Origin: Chloroflexota bacterium
Lineage (GTDB): Bacteria; Chloroflexota; UBA11872; VXOZ01
Length of the DNA stretch: 64,000 nucleotides
Direction: 5' to 3'
Assembly (NCBI GenBank): GCA_963663275.1
Contig: OY760183.1
Coordinates: forward strand, 1,408,001-1,472,000
Shown here one piece after another: positions 8,816 to 18,220 of the stretch. Made by a program: the position numbers and the translations under genes. A model generated the notes under the pieces. The model worked only from the letters and a program-made list of their open reading frames with translations, did not search any database and was not told the origin of the DNA. Within the stretch, counting starts at the first letter, position 1. Each line of letters opens with the position of its first letter.

Positions 8816-10075
8816 ATGAGCGAGCAACCACCCCCGGATGAAGACAGGGAAGACGGACGGCCTTTGCCCGGTCCCCAGCGCGGCAGCGCGGACGACGCGG
8901 AGGCGCGGCGCAAGACCCAGCGCGAGCGCACGATTGGCATTATCGTCATCGCTGTCATCGCGGTCGTGGCGCTCTTTGCTTTTGTAGTCTATCCCCGTTT
9001 CCTGCAGCCGCTCCAGCAGCAAACGGTCGCCAATATGCGCGGCGGGCCGGAAGCGGCGGCGCAGGAGCACTTCACGCGCTCGATCGAATACCTCAACGAG
9101 TACGACTTCAATGGCGCTATGCGGGAACTGGATAGCGCCGTAGAACTGGATGGGGACAACCCGCAATACCGGTTGCTCCGCGCGATCGTGGCCGTGCAAC
9201 TCGACCGCTTGAGCAAGGCGCTGGACGACCTCGACACCCTCATCGAGGCGGATCCCGGCATGGTAGACGCCTACGAAATGCGCGCTAACGTCTACCTGCT
9301 GCAGGAAGAGTACGAACGGGCGCTGGACGACGCCAGCTACGCGCTTTCTCTGGATTCCGAGACCGCGCACCGCTACCTGACTCGGGCGAAGGTGTATCAG
9401 GGCATGGGTGAGTACGAAAAGGCGTTGGGTGACGTGGACGACGCGATACTCCTGGATCCGGCAAACCCGGAGGCCTATCGCGTGCGGGCGTACCTGGGCG
9501 TGAAGGTGGGCGCTTGCATGGCCGCGCTGGCGGACGCCAACGTGGTTACGGAAATGGCGCCGGACTACTCCGGCGCGTATCTGGCCCGCATCGCCGTCTA
9601 CCTGGCGCTGGAGCAGTACGAAGACGCCATCACCGACGCCACCCGCGAGATCAACATGGCGCCGGAGGTCAGTTTTGGCTACAACGCCCGCGCGTGGGCC
9701 TACGCCAAGGCCGGCCAGTATGAGCGGGCGCTGGCAGACGCCAACCGGTCAATCGAACTGGATGACGAGTGCGCCGAGTGCTACGATACGCGCTCGCTGG
9801 CGCTCCTGGGTCTGGGTGACCTCAACGCGGCGGAGTCGGACGCGGATCGGGCGCTGCAACTGAGCGACCGCGCCGGCTGGGCCTACGTGGGACGCGCTAA
9901 GGTCTTCCTGGCCAAGAACAGGCTGGACGCGGCGCTGGCCGATGCTAACGCCGCGGCGGAAAGCAGCCCCAACGAGCGCGAGGTCTACAACATCCGCGCC
10001 CAAATCTACCGCGCCATGGGCCGCACCAGCGAGGCCAACCGCGACGAGGCCCGCAAGCAGGCGCTTTCCTGCTGA
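8816..10075 (+). CDS. Membrane-anchored tetratricopeptide repeat protein
   Basis: One N-terminal TM helix, then about 9-10 34-aa TPR units (AY..RA..Y...G.YE.AL.D); GGAGG RBS. Confidence 0.9.
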   Translation: MSEQPPPDEDREDGRPLPGPQRGSADDAEARRKTQRERTIGIIVIAVIAVVALFAFVVYPRFLQPLQQQTVANMRGGPEAAAQEHFTRSIEYLNEYDFNGAMRELDSAVELDGDNPQYRLLRAIVAVQLDRLSKALDDLDTLIEADPGMVDAYEMRANVYLLQEEYERALDDASYALSLDSETAHRYLTRAKVYQGMGEYEKALGDVDDAILLDPANPEAYRVRAYLGVKVGACMAALADANVVTEMAPDYSGAYLARIAVYLALEQYEDAITDATREINMAPEVSFGYNARAWAYAKAGQYERALADANRSIELDDECAECYDTRSLALLGLGDLNAAESDADRALQLSDRAGWAYVGRAKVFLAKNRLDAALADANAAAESSPNEREVYNIRAQIYRAMGRTSEANRDEARKQALSC

Positions 10076-10150
10076 TCCCCGTATCCCCGCTCGCTATGGT
10101 TGGCTTTGCATAACCATCGTCGTCAGGCGAATACGCTCACTCTCCCTGGG

Positions 10151-10446
10151 GAGACCTTTGCGTAACCGGAGAGGGAATTAACGAGGCCCACCGCGCACGC
10201 GCCTCTTGTCCACTCTCCCCACAGGAGAGGCTGACAGGGGTATGTATTCTATGAACGACTTCACGTGTCATTCCGAGCGGAGCGCAGCGGAGAGAGGAAT
10301 CTAAGGCGTTCGCTGTAGAAACGTCGGTTCTAGATTCCTCGCTCCGCTCGGAATGACACGTGCCTAGCCCTGTCAGCCCAGGAGAGGGGATAAGAGGCGC
10401 GCGCGCTGAAATTCGTCTGTTCCCTCTCCGGTTACGTAAAGGTCTC
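10151..10446. mobile_element. MITE with IS1106-like ends (type A2) carrying a nested 150-bp MITE (type B, 10229-10378)
   Basis: 27-bp TIR GAGACCTTTGCGTAACCGGAGAGGGAA (1 mismatch); inner element GGCTGACAGGG...CCCTGTCAGCC flanked by direct repeat CAGGAGA. Confidence 0.85.
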
Positions 10447-10748
10447 CAAAGGGAGAGGGAGACTTTTCGCCTGCCGGGTCTCGTTATGCATAGGTCTCTT
10501 GGGGGGTGAGGGGGAATGGCAGCCAGCCGGCCCGCTCACGTACTCTCGGTAGAACTGCGCAAAGGTCCTCTCATAGCCTGCACGGCAGCACTGGCGCGCA
10601 CAGTGCGCGCTTAGCGCCACTGCTCCGCAAACGACACAGAATGGTGTACCGTTCACGGTTCGGCCGCGCCCGGAACACTGAACCGGGTACGCTAGAGTAG
10701 CCGTGACCGCGGTATCCCCGGACTCCCGCGTTTACAGCAGGTGGCAAG

Positions 10749-11558
10749 ATGATGCTGGATATGGCATCACGTACAGGCCCTAAGGCGTTTGGCAGAGCGT
10801 ACCAGCGTATGCTCGAGAACGACACCCATGCCCCGGGAAGTGTCGATCGTGAACTTGCGGCGAGCATGGTCAGGCTCTGCGAAGAAACTGCTGCCCATTT
10901 ATACAACGCATACACTGACCTGCATGTCGGCTACGTCACGGGGTCTCGTCCCGCTCTTGAAGAAACCCTTTCTGAAATCACACTCACAGCAGTTGCTCCC
11001 GGGCAGTTGATTTCTGCTATCGCGAACTTCACACAAGGGCTGGCGGGGAAGAGGCCGCGTGGACTGGATGCGATGCGCTTCGGCGGGACGGAAGAGCAGA
11101 TCATCGAGAGAGGCTCCGAATGGTGTACTGACGTGGCACGCGTGGGGTGCGCACTGTATCAAATCGCCGGCTTTCCCAGTCGCACCGTGAACCTTTTCAA
11201 CCTCGCTGCGGCGTACAGCGGGCACGTCATCGTCGAAGTCTACCGTTCTGAGACGTGGGGAGCTATCGACACTAATTCAGCCGTCGTCTATCAAAAGGAC
11301 GATGGCGCTCCCGCGACCACGTGGGAGCTCATGAACGACGCCCAATTGGTAGACCGGCACAAGGGTCCTGAAGCGTGGTACACCCAGCCGGAGCAGTTCG
11401 CGGCAGCCGGTATTGCCAACTACTCCGTGCGTGACGCGCAGCGGTATGACTACACGGTGAGCGGATTGAACGACTACTATCGCGCTATCTTGACAATGGG
11501 CGGCCAGGGTTGGCCGGGCGGCCTGCGTTGGCTTCATGGCGAGGACGGGGAGAGGTAG
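10749..11558 (+). CDS. Transglutaminase-like (Cys-His-Asp) domain protein
   Basis: WCTDVARVGCAL...GFPSR...GHVIVEVY...WGAID pattern typical of the transglutaminase core. Confidence 0.75.
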   Translation: MMLDMASRTGPKAFGRAYQRMLENDTHAPGSVDRELAASMVRLCEETAAHLYNAYTDLHVGYVTGSRPALEETLSEITLTAVAPGQLISAIANFTQGLAGKRPRGLDAMRFGGTEEQIIERGSEWCTDVARVGCALYQIAGFPSRTVNLFNLAAAYSGHVIVEVYRSETWGAIDTNSAVVYQKDDGAPATTWELMNDAQLVDRHKGPEAWYTQPEQFAAAGIANYSVRDAQRYDYTVSGLNDYYRAILTMGGQGWPGGLRWLHGEDGER

Positions 11559-11619
11559 GTGGTCTCAATCCGCTATGCCGGCAGGAAGCACCGCACGATT
11601 TAGATAGAAGCGCTGGGAG

Positions 11620-12027
11620 TCAAAAAAGTTCGCTGAGCGCCTCTTGCGGAACAACCGCGCGGATTGGCGAACGATTGTAGTCTCTGACGTTCCTCGTGAC
11701 AATGTGCCGCGCCCCGCAGGCACGGGCGGCGGCCACCTGCATCGCGTCCTCGAAATCAGCCATCGGCAGTGCAGCGGCATAGCGGATGCCGTCGGTGTCG
11801 GTCGTCGCCACCGCCACAATGCGCGTGAGTTCGACAATGAAGTCGCGCGTGTTCACGCCGCCCAGCGCGGGTGCCACGAGGTAATAGAGGTTAGCAACGG
11901 AGTGCCACGCGATGGATGCCGCCTCCGCGCCATGCTCGATCCGGTCAAGTAGCTCCGCGGCCGGCTCGGCGTGCGGATGCCGGTCCAGAGCGACGTCGAT
12001 GAGCACGTCTGTATCAAGCAGGATCAT
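11620..12027 (-). CDS. PIN-domain (VapC-like) toxin
   Basis: MILLDTDVLID start, DFEDAMQ and IVTRNVRDY motifs. Confidence 0.9.
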   Translation of the reverse strand: MILLDTDVLIDVALDRHPHAEPAAELLDRIEHGAEAASIAWHSVANLYYLVAPALGGVNTRDFIVELTRIVAVATTDTDGIRYAAALPMADFEDAMQVAAARACGARHIVTRNVRDYNRSPIRAVVPQEALSELF

Positions 12028-12251
12028 CGCAGGTACTTCTCGGCCAGCGCGGCGTAGCGCGGATCGTCTTCACGTTCCGCCGCCCGAAACTTGCCGCGCC
12101 ACCGGGAAGAGAACGATGGCGCATCCTCCCCCGCCAGTTCCCTGAGCGACCGCTCGATCAGCGAAGAAAGGGACACGCCGCGTGCGCGGGCGTACCGTTT
12201 CGCCACGGGCAAGAGTTCGGCATCCACCGTGATAGTAAGTTTTTGCTTCAT
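12024..12251 (-). CDS. Ribbon-helix-helix antitoxin (DUF6364-like)
   Basis: MKQKLTITVD...AKRYARARGVSLSSLIE; 4-nt overlap with the PIN gene. Confidence 0.85.
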   Translation of the reverse strand: MKQKLTITVDAELLPVAKRYARARGVSLSSLIERSLRELAGEDAPSFSSRWRGKFRAAEREDDPRYAALAEKYLR

Positions 12252-12277
12252 GTCGGCCCATACCTCTTCTATAAAGT

Positions 12278-12306
12278 ACACGTATATCCTTGATTAGTAT
12301 ACGTGT
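12278..12306. promoter_or_regulatory. Putative antitoxin autoregulatory operator
   Basis: 9-bp inverted repeat ACACGTATA-N11-TATACGTGT about 27 nt upstream of the antitoxin start. Confidence 0.6.
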
Positions 12307-12479
12307 CTCGGGACTGAATGGCAAGTGGCCTTATCCCGATGACTCTTCGTGTGAAGTCGCTGCCGCAACGACGCGCCGATTGTTCGCAAGCGATTGCCCG
12401 GGGAACATCTGGGCCAGTCGCAAAACGCGCTTCACAGCTAATGAAGCATCACGCAGTCTGCGCCAGAATTCAGCCGTAG

Positions 12480-13607
12480 CTAACGCAGTTCGAGAATCTT
12501 CTCGATCTCCCCCACGTCGTTGGGGGCCGGTGCTACGTCTCGGGCGACGTCGAGGGCGATTTGCGGGTCTTTGAGGCCGTGGCCGGTGAGGATGCAGGCG
12601 ATGCGGTCGGTGGGTTTTACCTCGCCGGCGGCGGCCATTTTGAGGACGCCGGCCACCGAGGCGGCTGACGCCGGTTCGGCAAAGACGCCTTCACACTCCG
12701 CCAGGAGTTTGTACGCATCCAGGATTTCGGCATCGCTCACCGTATCGATCAGGCCGCCGGAATCGTCGCGGGCGCGCACGGCGCGCTGCCAGTTGGCCGG
12801 ATTGCCAATGCGCAGCGCCGACGCCACGGTATCGGGGTTTTCTATGGGCCGGTTCTGCACGATGGCGGCGGCGCCCTCCGCCTCGAAGCCCCACATGCGG
12901 GGGAGGTTGGTCGTGTGTCCCGCCCGGCGGTATTCGCGAAAACCCATCCAGTAGCTGGTGATGTTGCCGGCGTTGCCGACCGGGATGGCGAGAATGTCCG
13001 GCGCGCCGTCCAGCGCGTCGCAGATTTCGAACGCCGCCGTCTTCTGCCCTTGCAGCCGGTAGGGATTGATGGAGTTGACCACCGTAATCGGATTGCGCGC
13101 CGTAATCTCGCGCACGATGCGCAGGGCGTCGTCGAAGGTGCCGTCCAGGCTGACAACCACCGCGCCGTAGATCAGCGCCTGGGCCAGTTTGCCCAAGGCG
13201 ATCTTGCCCTGGGAGACGACGACCACCGCCTTGATCTGGGCGGCGGCGGCATACGCGGCGGCGGCGGCGCTGGTGTTGCCGGTGGAGGCGCACATGATGG
13301 CCTGTGAGCCTTCCTCCAACGCCTTGGCCACGGCCATCACCATGCCCCGGTCCTTGAACGAGCCGGTGGGATTGCAGCCTTCCAGCTTGAGCCAAAGCTC
13401 GGCGCACCCCACGCGCTCTTCGATTGCGCGCGCGCGCACCAGCGGCGTGAAGCCCTCGCCCCGGCCGATGAGCGGCGTGCGCTCCGTTATGGGCAGATAC
13501 GGGCGGTAGTGGGCCAGCAAGTTGCGGCCCGCGTTCCCAGCCTCCCCGCCTGGGGCCTCGGCCATGGGGCCTGCGCTCTCGGTCGTGGATCCTGCCTTGG
13601 AAGCCAC
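12480..13607 (-). CDS. thrC: Threonine synthase
   Basis: PLP lysine motif NPTGSFKDRG, CASTGNTS, PVGNAGN and ILTGHGLKD. Confidence 0.95.
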   Translation of the reverse strand: MASKAGSTTESAGPMAEAPGGEAGNAGRNLLAHYRPYLPITERTPLIGRGEGFTPLVRARAIEERVGCAELWLKLEGCNPTGSFKDRGMVMAVAKALEEGSQAIMCASTGNTSAAAAAYAAAAQIKAVVVVSQGKIALGKLAQALIYGAVVVSLDGTFDDALRIVREITARNPITVVNSINPYRLQGQKTAAFEICDALDGAPDILAIPVGNAGNITSYWMGFREYRRAGHTTNLPRMWGFEAEGAAAIVQNRPIENPDTVASALRIGNPANWQRAVRARDDSGGLIDTVSDAEILDAYKLLAECEGVFAEPASAASVAGVLKMAAAGEVKPTDRIACILTGHGLKDPQIALDVARDVAPAPNDVGEIEKILELR

Positions 13608-13760
13608 CGTACATTATCCTTACAGTTGCGTCATTTCGGTAATTTTGTCCGCCATTCCCGATTGCGTAAGGTTGCTCGCCCCTGTGTTAGGTTATTCGTG
13701 CATGTGTTGGGCAAATCGTTGACGGCATGCGCTCTCCGACCTGAAGCGTTGACAGGTGGT

Positions 13761-13852
13761 GTCATTCCGAGCGGAGCGAGGAATCTGGGGTGCTTGGCCT
13801 TTAGGACTTCGCGCAGCATGGATTCTAGATTCCTCGCTCCGCTCGGAATGAC
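13761..13852. repeat. Free REP doublet GTCATTCCGAGCGGAGCGAGGAATCT...AGATTCCTCGCTCCGCTCGGAATGAC
   Basis: 26-bp perfect inverted arms around a 40-nt spacer; the same unit forms the core of the type-B MITE. Confidence 0.85.
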
Positions 13853-13958
13853 AATTCTGAGTGGTTTGCTTCTACGTTTCTTCTTCCTTATCCTTCAACG
13901 CATTAACCGACGCGGACTATTCGGCGAAAGCCGACAGCCGGCCATGCCCGGCACAAAG

Positions 13959-14016
13959 GCGCAGGTTGCAAACCTACGCTACCGTGTGTAAGCAGGTTAC
14001 AAACCTGCGCTACCGG
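13959..14016. repeat. GTAG-type REP pair (GCAGGTTACAAACCTGCGCTAC family; also 25888, 31551, 31678, 47615)
   Basis: Two copies; the reverse strand reads GTAG followed by the hairpin GCGCAGGTT-TGT-AACCTGC. Confidence 0.8.
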
Positions 14017-14040
14017 AGGCGCGGGTTCTTGCCGCGGCCT

Positions 14041-15360
14041 TCACGTCCGGGCTGTTTCGCCCAGATCCACGATGCGGAGGAATCCCGCCACTTTGGCGAC
14101 CACGTCCAGGGCCGCGATGTCTTGCAGGGCGGCCCGCATGGCGCGTTCTTGGGCGTGGTGGGTAGTAATCACGACCTCCGCGGTCTGGTTGGCCGGGTCC
14201 GTTTCTTTCTGGATGACGGAAGCGATGCTGATGTGGTTTTGCCCGCAGACCGTCGCGATCTTCGCCAGCACGCCCGGCCGGTCGGTCACCCACAGCCGGA
14301 AGTAGAACCGGGTTTCCACGTCGTCCGGCGGCCGCATGGTCTTGGCGGAATCGACCGTGTAAGGAATGCGGTTGGTCACGCCGCTGATGATATTGTGCGC
14401 CACGTCGATCACGTCGGCCACGATGGCGCTGGCCGTTGGCTCCGAGCCCGCGCCGCGGCCGTAGAACATGACGTTCCCCACCAGGTCGCCCACCACGTAC
14501 ACTGCATTATACACGCCGTCTACGCTGGCAAGGGGCGCAGACTGGGGCGCCAGCGCGGGATACACCGACGCCTCATACCGACCTCCGTTCTGCCGGGCCA
14601 GCGCCAGGAGCTTGATGACGTAGCCGAGGTCTTCGGCGTAGCGAAAGTCGGCCGGTTCCAGTTGCATGATGCCTTCACGGTAGATGGCCGCGGGATCGAC
14701 CTCGGTGCGGAATGCGAGCGAGGCCAGGATTGCCAGCTTGAACGCGGCGTCGATGCCCTCCACGTCTTTGGTGGGATCGGCCTCGGCGTAGCCCAGTCGT
14801 TGGGCCTCGGCCAGCACGTCCGGCAGGGCCGCGCCTTCCCGGGACATGCGGGTCAGGATGTAGTTGGTGGTGCCGTTGATGATGGCGTAGATTTCGTGAA
14901 TCTCATTCGCTGCCAGGTCGGAGCGAAACGAGCCGATCAGGGGGATGCCGCCACCCACGCTCGCCTCGTAATAGACGTCCACGCCCTGTTGGCTGGCGAG
15001 GCGCAGGAGTTCCGAACCGCGCGCCGCCATAACGTCCTTGTTGGCGGTGACCAGGTGCTTGCCGGCCTGGAGCGCGCGCTTGGCGTAAGCGTAGGCCGGA
15101 TCGACGCCGCCAATCAGCTCGATCACGACGTGGATGTCCGGGTCGTCCAGAATGTCGTCGGGATTGGTGGTTAGCAGCGCGGGGTTCACGTCCACGCCGC
15201 GTTCCTTGGCCGTCTCCCGCACGAGGACTTTCTTCACGCGCAGGCTGCGGCCCGTCTCCCGCTTGAGCGCGCGGGCCTTCTCGCGCAGGATGCACAGCAC
15301 GCCGGTCCCGACCACGCCGAGACCCATCAGTCCGATATTTATCGTTTTGTCATCACTCAC
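14041..15360 (-). CDS. hom: Homoserine dehydrogenase with C-terminal ACT domain
   Basis: GLGVVGTG, VTANK, EASVGGGIP, NGTTNYIL and DRPGVLA motifs. Confidence 0.95.
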   Translation of the reverse strand: MSDDKTINIGLMGLGVVGTGVLCILREKARALKRETGRSLRVKKVLVRETAKERGVDVNPALLTTNPDDILDDPDIHVVIELIGGVDPAYAYAKRALQAGKHLVTANKDVMAARGSELLRLASQQGVDVYYEASVGGGIPLIGSFRSDLAANEIHEIYAIINGTTNYILTRMSREGAALPDVLAEAQRLGYAEADPTKDVEGIDAAFKLAILASLAFRTEVDPAAIYREGIMQLEPADFRYAEDLGYVIKLLALARQNGGRYEASVYPALAPQSAPLASVDGVYNAVYVVGDLVGNVMFYGRGAGSEPTASAIVADVIDVAHNIISGVTNRIPYTVDSAKTMRPPDDVETRFYFRLWVTDRPGVLAKIATVCGQNHISIASVIQKETDPANQTAEVVITTHHAQERAMRAALQDIAALDVVAKVAGFLRIVDLGETART

Positions 15361-15508
15361 CGAGCGTTCCGCTCCTTTGTCGTGTTTGGCGCCGCGGACG
15401 GCGCGGCCCCTAATTGCCGGTTAATGGATGCTGCTCGAATAGCCTAAGGCTGAATTCAGCGGCGGCGCTTGCGCTTGGCGGGCTCGCCTCGTGGCGCGCG
15501 ATCAGACT

Positions 15509-15702
15509 CCCTCTCCCCGGGGAGAGGGCAGGGGTGAGGGGGAATCCTCGCCGGTTCCGCCCCATCTCGCAAGAATAACGTATGATTCGCCGCGTAATCT
15601 CCCCTCACCCTAGCCCTCTCCCCCAGGAGAGGGGATAAGAGGCGCGCGCTGAGCTTCGTCTGTTCCCTCTCCGGTTACGCAAATCTCTCCTCGGGGAGAG
15701 GG
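15509..15702. repeat. Cluster of CCCTCTCCC..GGGAGAGGG hairpins, including the empty type-B site and an A2 right end
   Basis: ctctcccc-CAGGAGA-ggggataagaggcgcgcgctga...ttccctctccggttacgcaaa matches 10379-10440 but has a single CAGGAGA. Confidence 0.75.
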
Positions 15703-15749
15703 GACAGGATGGCAGTTTCGTTCTGTGCCGGTTCTGCTTGGAAACGGCG

Positions 15750-16286
15750 CTAGGTGGAGCCAATGCGATGGACGAAGAAGAGCGCCACGTCCTGGGTTGG
15801 ATAGTACCGGTCATTGTACCCGCTGTAGGCAAAGCCGTTCTTTTGCAGGAACTGTATCGCCGGATAGTTACGCGATTGCACGTCCATGCAGAGTCCTTGC
15901 AGCCGGTTGTGCTTGGCCCAGTTCAGGCCGGTGCGCAGCAGCGCGGAGCCGACGCCGCGCCGCCGCAGATCCGGGCGGACGACGACGCTCTGGATGAGGC
16001 CGCTGCCCAGCCGCCGGGGCGTCACCATGTCCAGGTAGCCGAAGATCACGTCTTCCTCTTCCGCCACCAGGAAGAGGTCGCCGTTGCGCCAATCGTCGTG
16101 CAGATCGTCCGGGTCCAGGGGCGGCCGCAGCGTGAGGACGCGGGGCAGGCGGCGGGCCTGGAAGCCGGACAGCTTGCGGTTGCCCTCCCAGCGCGTTTCC
16201 ATCGCCCACACAGTCTGCGTCTGATAGGAAGCGTCCAGCCGTATGCAGGCGGTAATGTCGTTGCGTTCGGCGCGGCGTACACGCAT
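15750..16286 (-). CDS. GNAT family N-acetyltransferase
   Basis: Motif A VRPDLRRRGVGSALL; NYPAIQFLQKNGF. Confidence 0.85.
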   Translation of the reverse strand: MRVRRAERNDITACIRLDASYQTQTVWAMETRWEGNRKLSGFQARRLPRVLTLRPPLDPDDLHDDWRNGDLFLVAEEEDVIFGYLDMVTPRRLGSGLIQSVVVRPDLRRRGVGSALLRTGLNWAKHNRLQGLCMDVQSRNYPAIQFLQKNGFAYSGYNDRYYPTQDVALFFVHRIGST

Positions 16287-16299
16287 GAGCAGGCCTGGC

Positions 16300-17430
16300 C
16301 TAGGTAGTGAGCTTGACGTAGAGGTAACTGAACACGATGCGGAGAATGGCCGCGGTCGGGATTGCCAGCAACATGCCGGAGATGCCGAACAGCGCGCCGC
16401 CGGAGAGGATGGCAAAGATGGTCAGGACCGGATTGAGTTGCACGTAGCGCCCGACGACGTTCGGGATGATGAGGTAGTCCTCCAACAGGCGGAGCACCGT
16501 GTACATGAGGGCGACCACGATCGCGCTCACCACCGGAGACCATCCGAACGGGCTGGGGTACACGAGCGCGAGCAGCACGGCCGGCGTGGCCGCCAGGAAC
16601 GGCCCGACCAGGGGGATCAACTCCAGCACGCCCGCCACCGGCGCCAGCACCAGCGCATAGGGCACGCCCAACAGCCGCAAGCCGATGTACGTGGCAATCG
16701 ACATAATCACCACCAGCATCAACGCGCCGCGAAAGAAACGGCCCAGCATGTGGTCGATCTGGCTGCCAAGTTGGCCTAACTCCTGGCGGTACGGCGCGGG
16801 CACCATGCGGCGCGCCCAGCCGCCGAAACGATCCGATTCCAGCAGCAGGTAGAACGTGGCGAAGAGGCAGATCAGGAACTTGAGCGCAAGTTCCACGACG
16901 TGCAAGGCCAGTTCCAACGCGGCGTCAACCATGTCGGACGTGGCGGAGTCCAGGGCGGCCGTGAGAAGCCCGCCGGAAGAACCGATGACGCGCTCCAAGC
17001 CGAAGAGGTCGATCTGGGCGTAGTCGCTCAGGGTGCTTTCGAGATTTTCCACGATGCTCGGCATACTCTGGCGCAGGCCCTCCAGTTCGCGGCTGAGCGG
17101 CGGGTAGCCAAAGGTGAAGAGCAGCACGATGCCGCCAAAGAAGAATCCCATGAGGATGAGCGTCACCCAGAACCGGTGCAGGCGCGTGCGTTGGCAGAGC
17201 CACGTTACCAGCGGCGCCAGGAGATAGGCCAGCACGGCCGCCCAGATGAACGGCCAGATGATGACGCGCACACCGTACACGAACAGCAGGGCAATGACGA
17301 CGAGCGCCAGCACGATCGCGGCCTTGGCGCGTTGCGAAAGGCGAAATCCCGGCTGCGGTGTCGACTCCGCCGCGTCCGGCTCCGCCTGCGGTGTGTCTGC
17401 GATCTCCGGCGGATTCGCGGCGCTACTCAT
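16300..17430 (-). CDS. AI-2E (PerM/UPF0118) family transporter
   Basis: LAYLLAPLV, LELIPLVGP and GGALFGISGMLLAIP motifs; about 8 TM helices. Confidence 0.9.
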   Translation of the reverse strand: MSSAANPPEIADTPQAEPDAAESTPQPGFRLSQRAKAAIVLALVVIALLFVYGVRVIIWPFIWAAVLAYLLAPLVTWLCQRTRLHRFWVTLILMGFFFGGIVLLFTFGYPPLSRELEGLRQSMPSIVENLESTLSDYAQIDLFGLERVIGSSGGLLTAALDSATSDMVDAALELALHVVELALKFLICLFATFYLLLESDRFGGWARRMVPAPYRQELGQLGSQIDHMLGRFFRGALMLVVIMSIATYIGLRLLGVPYALVLAPVAGVLELIPLVGPFLAATPAVLLALVYPSPFGWSPVVSAIVVALMYTVLRLLEDYLIIPNVVGRYVQLNPVLTIFAILSGGALFGISGMLLAIPTAAILRIVFSYLYVKLTT

Positions 17431-17600
17431 GGCGTCTTCGGTCCATCGGTTTCCGTTCGCGTAGCAGAAGGTCTCTCTACTACTATGACATAGGCGGCGC
17501 GGGAGCGCATCCTGTGTGTGGTGAAGCGCCCAGTAGGCGGCCCAATTGACGGTAGAGGCAAGGCGCGTATGGTTGACAGAATGCTTAGAATTAGCTTAGA

Positions 17601-18068
17601 ATGGAAACAGGCGACGTTGTAGACGATGAAGTTGCACAGGCTTGGGCGAGGAGGCAATTGATGGCCAGTAGTAGTGACGTGGATTCTGTTTTGCGGATAT
17701 ATACCTCCTTTCTCTCCAATCAGAAACGGCTCTCGCGCACGGAAATGGGTAAGCGCATCCAGTGGCTCAAAGAGTTCAGCCGTTGTATGTGTGTACGAAA
17801 GACTATGTACGACATAACGGTACGGGACGTTGTGCTCTATTTTGCGGAGTGGGCCGAAAAATTCGAAGATCCTGAAGAATGGTACGACCGCTATAAAGTG
17901 CTGGAACGATTCTTCGACGACCTGGTGGAAATGCAGATGATTGAATCTAATCAGATTAAAGGCATCTACGACGATACGGACATCGAGCCGGACCTGACCG
18001 ACGACGCCGGCCCGGCCGAATCGGTGGCCCCGGTAAACTGGATGCGGCAGGACCACCCCCTCTACTAG
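17601..18068 (+). CDS. Stand-alone tyrosine-recombinase core-binding (SAM-like) domain protein with acidic tail
   Basis: FLSNQKRLSRTE...LKEF...DITVRDVVLYF...LERFFDDLVEMQMIESNQI follows the XerC/D N-terminal pattern; no catalytic domain; lower GC. Confidence 0.6.
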   Translation: METGDVVDDEVAQAWARRQLMASSSDVDSVLRIYTSFLSNQKRLSRTEMGKRIQWLKEFSRCMCVRKTMYDITVRDVVLYFAEWAEKFEDPEEWYDRYKVLERFFDDLVEMQMIESNQIKGIYDDTDIEPDLTDDAGPAESVAPVNWMRQDHPLY

Positions 18069-18220
18069 ACGCTGAACGTCAGCGCATACGTCGTCAAGCG
18101 GTTGGCGCCCGGCCGCGAGCGGCAGCGCCGGAACCGGCAAACCGCTGCCGCCAAGTACGACGTGTGGGCTGACCCCCGGCAAACCCGGATACGACGAATA
18201 CCCCAATTAAGGAGTCGGCA

